Program-made: the position numbers and the translations under genes
Notes under the pieces: generated by a model
Database searches by the model: none
The model's input: only the letters and a program-made list of their open reading frames with translations
What the model was told of the DNA's origin: nothing
From: Macrostomum lignano
Taxonomy: Eukaryota
DNA length: 64,000 nt
Direction of reading: 5' to 3'
NCBI GenBank assembly: GCA_002269645.1
Contig: NIVC01000046.1
Coordinates: 205,306 to 269,305, forward strand
Shown here: one piece after another, positions 42,221 through 54,000 of the stretch
How the letters are laid out: the number at the start of each line of letters is the position of its first letter
Position numbering within the stretch: the stretch's first letter is position 1

Positions 42221-43298
42221 TGAAATAGATGCTGATTTCTTCCCGGATTAGGCCCTTGTGGATTACCTTAAATCTCGAGCCTCTTCAGAGGGAAGTTCTC
42301 TTAAATCTCTCAGTAGCGTAGGTAGTGCTGCCACCAGTTCCTTCAGGTCTCAGCCTTCGGTGAGGTGAGCTTCCCGTCGAACAAAATAATGAAGTCAACA
42401 AACACAGCACTGCGTGCAGATTTAGAGCGCAACGAATAGGGCGTCTTGTCAGCAGTACCTGCCAGGCTAGGATGGTAGAGGGAGGGCTGAGTTAGCCTCT
42501 CATAGACTTGGGTTGACTTGGTCGGGTTTCAGTCGGAGCAATAGGAATAGAATCGATATGCGCAAAGGCTTGGACACTTGGGATTTAGTTACACGCAGAC
42601 GTAGAACTCGAGGTTGAACAGAAAGAAGCCTCCTTGACGGAAACAAGGGGAGAGAGCTCTTATTTATAGCTGGGAAACTCCCGCGCTCAAGACCTCGTGA
42701 CTTGTTCTATTTTTAGAACTGACGTCACTCGAGAATCTCGGGCAGGGTACAAGCGCACGGAAGACCTCGTGACTTGTTCTATTTTTAGAAATGACGTCAC
42801 TCGAGAATCTCGGGCAGGGTACAAGCGCACGGAAGACCTCGTGACTTGTTCTATTTTTAGAACTGACGTCACTTGAGGGTCCCCCGGCAGAGTGCACATG
42901 GCTGTGACTTAGTTGCTATTTTTAGCAACATGAGTCACTCCTCTCCTTAGAAAAGGGAGGGGTCCGAAAGCATGTGACTCATCCGGTAAACAGGGCCAGC
43001 AAGTGCAGTAAACATGTTTACTGCACTTTGAGACTCAGAGAACGCAGAAACTGTCATGTGACCAGCTCACAAGACAGGGAGACAAAGACTGACGAAACAA
43101 GGACAGCCCGCAACAGAGAAGTTGCGGGCTGAGAAACGCAGGGCAACACGGGCAGAAGAAAGGGAGGGGCAGCAACAGACAGCCAAGAGGAGGAAGCGGG
43201 AAGCTGCCCAGCGGCAGACAGCAACCCAGGGCAAGGGCGAGGGCAAGGGCAACTGCTAACAAAGTGGGACGCCTAACATTAACTAGCGGATCACTACA
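42221..43298 (-). repeat. 5' LTR (1078 bp)
   Basis: Direct repeat of 33259-34340. Confidence 0.97.
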
Positions 43299-43302
43299 CT
43301 GC

Positions 43303-45070
43303 TCTAATTAGTTTCCCATTCTCACCCTTTTCTCTGGTAGTTTTAGTTATAATAATATTAGTTTTTATTATATATTGCAATGATATTAGAACTCAGTAAA
43401 ATACAATAGCCTAATATCAAGAAATGATATCCTATCTTTGCCTCTAACTATATTTTGATTTTCCTAGATCTACTAGTTACATTTTAAGATTTAATTTTCC
43501 AAAAGGTCTAGAAATTCAATTGTTAGATATTGTTAGAAGATCTAGAAGTCAGCTAACAAAGACCATTGACTAGCAAGGTAGCCAGTTTTCTATATATTGC
43601 AGATCACTTTTATAATTGCACAAGGGCTTCAATAGCTTTAAGAAATGCTTCTAGCTTAAGTAGATGCTGCAAATTAAAAGCAATAAAAAAGCAGACAAGT
43701 ACAATGATGGTATCCATCATATAAATATAAATCATTTAAATCTTTAACCAAAGATGCTAAGAAAAAGTTAATACGTGCCTTTTTGAACATATTATTAGTA
43801 CAAATAAAATAAAAAATAAGCTCTTTTGATGACTTCCAATATTCAGGAATAATAAGAATAATAAAAATAAATAACATAATTTATGCTTTGTTTTGCTAAA
43901 CAAATAGGATAGCAAATTTCTGATTCATTTTAATATAATATTTAATAAATTGCATGATTACATAGACACACATACGCACATGGACAAACCATTTTTAGTA
44001 TATGGATCTCACTAGTTTAGTCTATTTGAATTTGACTTGGCTCATTACTATTTTTACTTCATCTATTTAGTAGTATTAACAAATGAATGAAAATGATCAG
44101 AATTAATTGTTTTTCAACTGATTCTAATTCACTGTTCTTCTTTTTTCATTGACATTAATATTAGGAAATTGAATATTTGACTTTAAGTGCTTCCTTTAAG
44201 CATGTTGCCTAAGAGCCTCTATAGTACATCTAATCAAAAGTACTTTTGCTACTTTACACTAACTTTTTGACTTACTATATATAATTAGTCTATGGTTGAG
44301 TTCCTACTATATTTATTTATAAGTTTTGTTTCCATTTTCTGTTTTAAAAGATGTTAAATTTAATATAAAAGAGAGAGTTGATACTGCAAAATTGTGCTAA
44401 ATGATATTATTTGGATCAGAATGAGAAATACAATAAAGATAAAATTACTTTTGGGACAGCAATTATAGTTACTATTAATTAATGTCTGAAAAAACTATGA
44501 AGTATAGTAGTACCTTACAAAGACTAAAGAAATGAAGTGTAGCCACTGAACTTTGGTGGTAATTAAGGGCATTCTACAGGCCATTAGTGCACTTGCACTG
44601 GGGTTCTTGCTGCCACCAATGTTTAAGAACAAAAACTTAGAGTCAAATCACATAGTACATTTGCCAATGTGCAATGGCTGACAAGCAATTATATATAGCC
44701 AGTGAAAGGTTAAAATGACTCACCCAACTGGGGGTGGCAGGTGGCATGCACAGAGTAAAGCAAGATGTAAGTAATTAGAGAACAGCTCCCACATCTGAAC
44801 AGCTCCAAAATAATACACAGTGTCAAAACATGGAAAAAACATTTTCTACTTAAAATAGATTTTAAAAGTTTCTTTTGAAAATTTCACTAGTTGCTTTTTA
44901 ACCCCTTAGGTTAGTTGTTTCTTAGCTACTGAAGAAGCTGTGAATATTAGTTAATAACTAATTCAGTACATTCAGTACTTTTTAAGTTTGCCAGTCTTGA
45001 TTTTTGCCACAATTAAAACAAAATAAAAAGTTTCCTGTAAAACAAACTTCTTCTGCTCCAGACCAGTTGG
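43303..45070. other. Nearly CpG-free AT-rich tract
   Basis: Only 2 CpG found by eye in ~1.77 kb. Confidence 0.75.
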
Positions 45071-45078
45071 CCGTTGCC

Positions 45079-48000
45079 ATGCCGCTGCCAGCCTCATCAC
45101 TGAGCCTGCTGCTCTTGTCTCCCAGGAGACTAGCAATCCCAGCCTCCATCTGTTGCTATCGCCAATTTCAAACAAGCCAATCGCTGAATAAAAACAGCGG
45201 CAAGCCCCGATTGAAAACCATCCCAGTGTCCAACGCTTCTCAACGAGTTGCCCGCGGCTCCGCGGCCGCCTCAGCTCAGGCTCTGCTCAACCTCACGCCT
45301 GAGGCTTTGAAGAAGAAAATTGAAGAGCGCAACGCGGCTGAGGCTGCCGATCCCAGACGGGGTCGCCAGCCGGAAGCGGAGTGCCACCTCCGCGACCTGT
45401 TCGAGCCGAGACGCCTGCCATTGGTGGAGATTCTACGAAGGCATCGAGAGTTTGCCTGTCCAGAGATGCTGGACAATCCGAGCGGTCAGCTGTATGCCAC
45501 TTGCTTGTTCGACATGACCTCTGTTAAGCAGGGCAAGTTTATGGCTCCGTTCTCTAAGGTGAGATACTGTTAGAGATCCCTATATTATCTTCATCTTCAT
45601 AGATTTAAGAGTGAGTTGTAGCCTAGTGAGAAGAGCCTCGGACTCACGACTGGAAGATCTTGGACTGGAAGTCCTTGGACTGAACAGCCGTAGGCAGCCT
45701 TTAGATGCGCCGCGCAATAGCTGCGGCTGAGCTGTCGGTTGCACATCTAGCTATTGGGGTAGATGTAATCAATTATTATTATTATTTGTGTCGTCGTGAC
45801 TCAGCACGACAATTTTGGCATCCTGATTTTTTGTGTTTTTTTCCAAGCTGGATACGTACGGTTAAAGATGCTGGTGTTTTATTTGATTTTGAGCTTTTTG
45901 ACTGACGTCAGCTAACAATCCTTAGTTTGGACCTTGGATGCCAAGCAATGCTGTGGTTCTGACGCTTAAAAGTTCAAGAAAGATCTAAAGATTTACATCT
46001 CTTAAGGTTGAGATTTAGACTCTTAAATCAATGTCCATCGGTGAGATTTAGGGGCCCTTAAGAGGTAGTAGGCTATACAAAGCCGGTTGGTATTTAAACA
46101 AAAGATAATTTGAATATCGATTTTTAAGATCGATTTTTATGTTGTAACTTTAAGTTCGAACTTCAAGATCACCTGGCGTTGCCTCAGGTGCTTGCAGCCG
46201 CCCCTGAAATTATTATAGAATTTTCCAAGCGATTTAATCCTCAGTGGGAAAATCAAGCTATTGAAGACTTGTTTTTCATTGTCTATGGCCCAAAAGGGGG
46301 TCTACGGAGCAGCCAATTTGAGAATCTGGGCGCGCAATTAATCCTTTCCTTAGTACTCGTATATCCTTCACGAATAACTTCATTGAAATAACGTCTGCAA
46401 ATGGATGTCATATCAAGAAACGATTTAACGTTAACACTTTGATTTTAGAAAAACAATCAAAACAGGCAAAGGCAAAACCATGCCATACAGTATAAGCCGA
46501 AAACAATCGTGTCTCTCAAAACAGTGTTGGACAGATTGAAATCAAACCCGATCAATGTTCAGAGAATTTCTTCCTCGTTTAAACAGCGTGGTATGAAGCG
46601 AAGCATCTGCCAAAACCAGCCACCGCATTTGGCTATTGTAATTTCATAGCGACGCCTGATCGAATACACTGTTTTTCTCTTTACGTCCAGCCATCGCGAA
46701 ATGTGCTCAGCACTACCACGATGGCAGCGACAATGAGGTCGTACTTTTCGTTGCTTATCTTGCGATAGGGTTCTCGCCCTGCAGGATTCTGCTCATCCAT
46801 CGCATCTTGTGCTGTAGCAAAACTTTCGTCACTGCTTTGCTCGCTAAATTCTTCGTTTGCCATATCTATGTCTAATGGAATCTGTTATTCTCTATGGTCT
46901 AAGGCTTGCACAACTGTTAAAAGGATTAATAGCGCGCCCAAATTCTCGAATTGGCTGCTCCGTAGACCCCCTTTCGGGCCATAGACAATGAAAAACAAGT
47001 CTTCAACAGGTTGATTTTCCCACTAAGGATTAAATCGCTTGCTCCTAGGCCTTAATTGGCTTAGAAAATGCTATACCCGATGCGCCACATACCAGGGAAC
47101 ACTAGTAAAAACTGACAAAGCATGGCGTACTTCAGAATATGTTTAAGACAGCGACTTGAAACTGCAGTATATTTGACTTTAGCATATTGCTGTACTTTAC
47201 TCAAAATATGAACCACCAGCCTCAATCACTTTGCTCAGGCGACCTCTGAATGCAGCACATGTGCGCTGAACAAAGACTCGGGGCATTGCATGCCACTCCC
47301 GCTGAACAGAGCGCCGCAGAGCTGCGACATTCGAATGACGCTTAGCACAGGCCCTGGCCTTCAGACGCGGCCATATGCCGTAGTCAAGGGGCGAGAGATC
47401 TGGTGAGTGCGCAGGCCACAAATCCTTCGGCCAGAAGTCAGGGGCCTCTGAGCTCAGGAACTCCTGGGTCAGGCGGGCAGTGTGTGCTGGTGCTCCATCC
47501 TGCTGCCAGATCCACGCATCGCCGAACGTTTGCCGAGCCCACGGGAAGATGTGCTGACGCAGGATGTCCACGTACTTGGCAGCATTGAGGCGTTCTCCAC
47601 GATCGAGGAAAATTGGTGGAGCAACTTGGCCATCGCTAGCCACCACACCAAGGAGCTGCAGGCCACCGCAGTACTTGGTCTTTTCGACAGCCTTGACGCT
47701 CCAGCTGACCATCTTGGAACTCTTAGCGATGTACCTGGAGTTCTCTGGGCCCAGGAACTCGTCCAGGTGAAGTGGAGTCTCGTCGCTGAACAACACGACG
47801 GTGTCAGGCCTCTTCGACTTCAGACGCGACAGCAAAGCTCTCGCTCTTCGCTGACGCTCTTCAACAGCTCCTTCTGGAAGGTGGTGACGTACCTGCCGCT
47901 TGAAGCACTTTGCGCCAATGTCTTCGTGAACGAGTCGACGCATTGTTGTCGCCGAAACACCACTCTGGGCTGCCAGACTGCGAAGAGATCTTCTTGCATT

Positions 48001-51000
48001 GGACGCTATCTTCCGCTTCACTGATGTGATCAGCGTCTTCGTCCTTGCAGTCTTTGTCCGCTTACGGGAAACCTTCACATCGCCAGTTGCTTCCCACAGA
48101 CGTTTTGTGGCGTAAACAGTCTTTCTGGTGACTCCAAGACACTTTGAGATTTGAGTTGGTGTGCTTCCGCGTTTGAGCAACTCAACTACAGCACGACGCT
48201 TGTGCTCCATTGGGAAATTACAACTGATTAGAGGGCCACAAGCAAGAGACAAGTGATTGAAAATGAAGCTTAGAAAATTTAGAACATTTAAATATGTTCC
48301 TTTTTTCGTTTTTCGGTTTCAGTGCGTTAATAACGTCAGTCTAAAAAAGTGTTCCTTGGTATCTGGCGCACCGGGTATTACTATTTGTTTTGACAATCAA
48401 TATGAGAAAATGGACAATCAAAATGAAAACAGCCGTAGATCTGCATGCAGCAGCTCAGCTCAGCTTCGCAGCAGCTGCGGCTTAGGCCATAGACTTTTTG
48501 ACGATCGAAATGAAAATTGGACAATCAAAATGGCAACGGGAGCAGTGTGCGCGTTTATTTGAATGAAATTTTAACAATAGAAACGAGAAATTGACAACAG
48601 AAATGGCAACACAGTCAGAAAAATGATGGAAACACAGCAGTCCAGCAGCATAGGTTCAGAACTCCTGCCCAGCAAGGCAGCGTTCAAGCTGACGGAAGTA
48701 GCGCAATTCCCACGCAGCTGCCTTGTCCGGAGTCACGGCTTCAGGCAATGGCTCACGCGCCACTCTCTCCAGCAGCATGTAACGCCACTCTTCCTGGTTC
48801 ACGCCTTCTGGGGCAACTGCCTCTTCCCCAACGATGTCAGGCTGCGCCAGTCTGCTTTTGATCTTGGCCTTGAGGCAACTGTTGGCGAATTCCGAAGGGT
48901 TCAGAAAAGGTGAATATCCCGGAAGAATGCGGATGGACACAGCGTGCTGCAAACTGGAGAGATGGCTGAGAAAGATGGCTGGCTAATGCTTAAATGTGCT
49001 GCCTCGCTAAACTAACCGCGCGTTGCCATTTTGATTGTCCAATTCTCATTTCGATCGTCAAAAAGTCTATGGCCTAAGCCGCAGCTGCTGCGAAGCTGAG
49101 CTGAGCTGCTGCATGCAGATCTACGGCTGTTTTCATTTTGATTGTCCATTTTCTCATATTGATTGTCAAAACCAAACCAAATATTATCATTAAATCTGCC
49201 ATATTGCCGCAGGTGATCCGGCTTCCCCACGCTCTCCCGGAGTCCTTGGTCCGCCAGCACACGGTCATCGCTTTCTGCTCATCGCCCGAGCTAGCCGAAG
49301 ATCTCAAAGCCAAAGGCGCTATGGATGCTGGCGGAGCCGACCTGCTTGGCAAACTGGAGACTGGCGTCTACATTCAAGAGAACTTTGATTACGTCATCTG
49401 TCATCCAGACTTTTGGCCCAGTCTGTTGAAAGCTAGAAAACTATTGAAGGACGCGATGCCTGCCCAGAAATCGCCTCAGATATCTGAAGATATGGAGTCT
49501 GCTTTGATGCTGTACAAGTAGGTTAATAATCGCTTCTGTGTGTTCTTAAATTTTGAAGTAGTCACCCGTTACAAAAGTATATGCCAAGGCTTTAGTTACA
49601 ATATATACTTGATTTGTAACCAAAAGGAACAGAAATAAGTAAATTAATTATTTTTTCTAGGGGTACATCAATGCAATATTTTTGTTATTCGGGACCAAAG
49701 CGATATACGATATTATACAAATCTCAAGCTTTTTCTCAAGTTTTATAAGAACGTATTAAATAATATTTAACATTACTTGTCTGAGGTTAACAGAGCATTT
49801 TCAAAACTCAAGTTCCACTTTACGATTTTGATTTCTAACTCATTAGAAATTAGCTAAATTAGCTCTGCTGACTTAATATAAGAATTTTTGTTTTAATATT
49901 CACAACCTGCTACTTACAGTAAACCGTACATCGATACTACGAGTATCAACGAAACCCACTGGCTACCAGGGAGTTCTGTGTTTGGGAAGGTGGAAATCAA
50001 TTGTATCAGCACTCTCTGGCCCAGGTGCTTGGCAGATGCCTCAAGGACCGAATTAGGCACTGTGTTGATAGTTTTTACTGGCAATAATTACTGTGCAACT
50101 TGCACAGAAAACGGCACAGAAGTCTGCGCCGTTGAGGTGGTTGTCGTTCGGGTACAGCTTGGTACATGCAGGCGGCCTTCATGGTGTAGTTCAGGCTTCG
50201 GAAGTTTTACTCGTTGCAGTCCAGTACGCAAGCAGAGTGTTTTCTTGTCCCGCAGTGACCGTCGTAGCATCTCCACAGCTCTCGGAACAACTGCTCGTGG
50301 TGTCCTCCACCAGAAAGTGGCCACGCAGCCGATAGCACCCCCCTCCTCGGCTACGTTCCTTGCCGGATAGGCACAAGTTTAACCACTTCTGAGACTCTTT
50401 AAGACGAGTTTTTCGTGGGCAATGATGTGCTTTTTTAATTCAGTTAAAAGATCATGGCAAGGAAAGAATTAAAAAAAATATTTATTTAAAAAAATGGACT
50501 TAAATTCAACTAATAAATGAATATTTTATTCAGTTTGTAGTACTACTTTTTATAGAGCGGACCTACTAGGTTTTTGAATAGTAAATACGTTGAAAATCAT
50601 ACAGAATTACTTCTGATTTTGCTCCCAACCAGGACAGAATTAACTTCACTTTGCTCCCAACTACAAAAATATACGCCACAAAAAAGTAACGAGTCATTAA
50701 GTACATAAATATTTAATACTTTTTGAGGTAGAATATTTATTCCATTGTATTTAATTGTATTTAAAAAGAAATAGCAGAGAGAACAAAACATACAAAAGCG
50801 CGATGGTAGACGCAAAATAAGAAATAGATTCAAAATTTAAACACAAAAAAGTAATGCAAAATAAAGATAATTAAGTCACAACAAAGATAATATTCGATTC
50901 GAATGGTCTTTAATATTTAGATTGTCAAAAGTTGATCAAGATGCTCGGGTGGCGCCATGTATTTCGCGGCAATAAGTTGTTCTGCCACAAATCTGTACTC

Positions 51001-54000
51001 GACGGTGACTTTTGAGCTGTTGTCTCTCATCTTGGCCAGGGATAAGTCTGTCAACAGCCGGAACTTTCTTATCCAGCCGAGGCTTGATGTTCGGCCAAAA
51101 AACTAAACATAAAGGGAGGCTTCACGACGAAAGGATTTCCCTTTGGTGGAAAGCAGACCATAGCTGGCCGCCATGAAATGGCACTATTGCCTTTAGCCAG
51201 AAGGCGAACACTAGTTTTACAGCCATGGTTTGCTTGCTCGTAGCAGAAGAGGCGATGCGGTCGTGCCGTTTCGCCGTAGAAACGGCTGCCACTGCGGTAG
51301 AGGCAGCCGAAGCGTGCTGTTTTGCCGTCGCCCTGGAAGCGGCGGCCGGGGTCTCTTTCTGGTCACTCTCCGGCTTTCTTCAACTGCTGCGGCTGCGGCC
51401 GCTCGGATATTCTCGGCAGCCTCGGCAGCTCACTGTTGGTCCTCTTTTGTGAGCCCTTAATTGAGCAACAATTCACTGCGCTCTTCGTAGTCAGCGACTG
51501 CCACGTCGTCGGTATTTAACGCAGAAGCTGGTACAGCCGGATTCCTTCTAACGTTTTTTTTCATATGAAATGGTTTGTCGGTAGGTAGGTATGTGGGTAT
51601 GTGATCGTTTTAAGTCTAAAAATGAGTATGCGATTACAATCTGTCATTTTTGGCAGATTAAAAAGGGGCAGAGAACAGGCGCATACATGCACGACCTTGG
51701 GAATTACTCGGCCGTTTCTATTGGCAACACACGCATGTAAGTCGCTATTGGCTGAGAGCAGTCACGTGACTACTATTCCGTCCACTAGCGACTTACGTGT
51801 GTGTGTTGCCAATGGAAACGGCCGGGTGAATCCCTAGGTTGCGCCCAAGCATGAACAGGCGGACAAAGGGGGGTAAAGGGGATGGGAGGCTCCCCAACAG
51901 CAGACAGCGACCTGGGGCGAGGGCGAGGGAAGCTGCCGACAGTAGGGCGACGCCTAACACAAAACTAGCGACTTATTACAATATTATTACTAACTCATTT
52001 TTGAAAATTAGCTAAATTAGCTCTGCTGACGGTACTGTATAAAAATTTTTGTTCCAATATCCACTACCTGCTACTGACAGTAAATCGTATATGAATACTA
52101 TCAAACAAACCCACGGGCTGCCAAACGGTTCTGTGTGTTTGGGAAGGCGGAAATCAATTGTATCAGCACTCTCTGGCCCAGAGGCTTGGCAGATGCCTCA
52201 AGGGCGAATCAGGCACTGTGTTGATATTCTCGGTTTTTACTGGCAATAATTACTGTGCACCCTTGCGCAGAGGTGGTTGTCGTTCAGGTACAACCTGGTA
52301 CATGCAGGCGGCCCTGAACACGGTCTTCAGGGTGTAGTTCAGGCTTCGGAAGTTTTACTCGTTGCAGTCCAGTACGCCAGCAAAGTGTCTGGCAAGCAGT
52401 TTCCTTGTCCCGCAGTGACCGTCGTAGCGTCTGCACAGCTCTCGGACTAATTGCTCGTGGTGACAACCACCACAAAGTGGCCACGCAGCCGATAGAACCC
52501 CCCTCAGCAGCGTTCCTTGCCGGAAAGAAAGCATACATTTTTTTAAAAAAATTGTCTAAAATTTAACTAAAAATGAACACTTTATGAAGTTTGTAATACT
52601 ACTTTTTAGAGCGGATGTACTAGCTTTTTTTAGTAGTAAATACGTTGAAAATCGGACAGAATTACCTTCACCAAAACAAAAGTAATGCACAATAAAGATA
52701 ATTAAGTCACAACAAATATAATATTCGATTCGAATAGTCTTTATTATTTAGATTGTCAAAAGTTGATCAAGATGCTCGGTTGGCGCCATGCTTTTCGCAG
52801 CAATGGGTTGTTATTCCGCCGCAAATCTGTACTCGACGGTGACTTTTGAGCTATTGTCTCTTATCGTGGCCAGCGATGAGTCTGTTGTTCGGTTGAAAAA
52901 ACTGAGCAGGAAAGGAGTCTCCACGACGAAAGGATTTGTCCTTTGGTGGAAAGCAGACCATGGCTGGCCACTATGAAATGGCACTATTGCCTTCAGGCCA
53001 GAAAGCGAACACTAGTGTTACAGCCATGGTTTGCTTGCTCGTAGCAGAAGAGGCGACGGGGGCGTGCTGTTTCGCTGTCGCCGTGGAAGCGGCAGCCGGG
53101 GCGGGGGCGGTAGAGGTGCTTTCGCGGGAGCCTGGCAATCAGTTCCGTCCGGAAGCTCCGGCTGAACGAGTTCGGAGTTCGCGGCGAGCCAGTCAGGCAG
53201 CCCTCTCGATTAGGGCCTGGCAGTCACCATCGGCCAAGCCTCGGAGACGGCCCTAGTGCGGCCATTCGACGAAGTCTGGCCAGTCACCGTGCTGGTTGGC
53301 CAGGTCTTATTACTGCCGGGTGAACAGTCCCGTCCTCGAGCAGATATTGTCGACTGGGTTCGACGGCGGGGTCCTGGCTAAAGAACTGCTCTGATACAGT
53401 CGTGTGCTTCAGAAAAATTTAGAAAAAATGATACTAAGCAGATCAAGGAATGACACGAAATCGACAGATGACCTAGATGACCTAGCATTTAATTGGCAAA
53501 ATGAAGAATAAAAAGACGGCAAAAACACCAACACAAGATAAAATACAAAATTAAGCATCCAAGTAAAAAAATTATAACCAGCATGAAAAATATACGTAAT
53601 GTTTATAATGTTCTTTAAATCTATATAAACCGATAACAGCTTCACAATTTTTTTAAGATAAAGGCGCTTTTCTTATTAAGAAAAGACATTTCTTATTACT
53701 ATAAGTACAGCAAAGCTAGAAATGAAAAAAGGGTAGCAAAGCGTGGTGCGGGGACTTCAAATTAGGATTTTAAAGATTCAAAACATTTTCTGTGGAAAAA
53801 GTTAACAGAGTATACAGCTAGAGCTGTTTAATGACGTGAATTTGTTTATTGAAGATAGTTAAAGTCACTTCAATAGTTTATTACATATAAGCACTGCTGC
53901 ACGCAGACTCTGACGTCTCATCTATGTCCAGCCTCGGTCGCTTCTGTCGTCTTTTTGCAGCATGCTGTTTTTTCGAGCCTAGCTTTGGCTGACACTCGGC

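Larger units (their letters stand above)
33259..43298 (-). mobile_element. Full-length Ty3/Gypsy LTR retrotransposon (10,040 bp)
   Basis: TG...CA LTRs 33259-34340 and 42221-43298. CTGC TSD (33255-33258, 43299-43302). PBS and PPT present. Domain order gag-PR-RT-RH-IN. Confidence 0.97.

Noticed and set aside
36038-42223. Numerous plus-strand ORFs inside the Gypsy element
   Set aside because: Antisense shadows of GC-rich gag-pol with no motifs.
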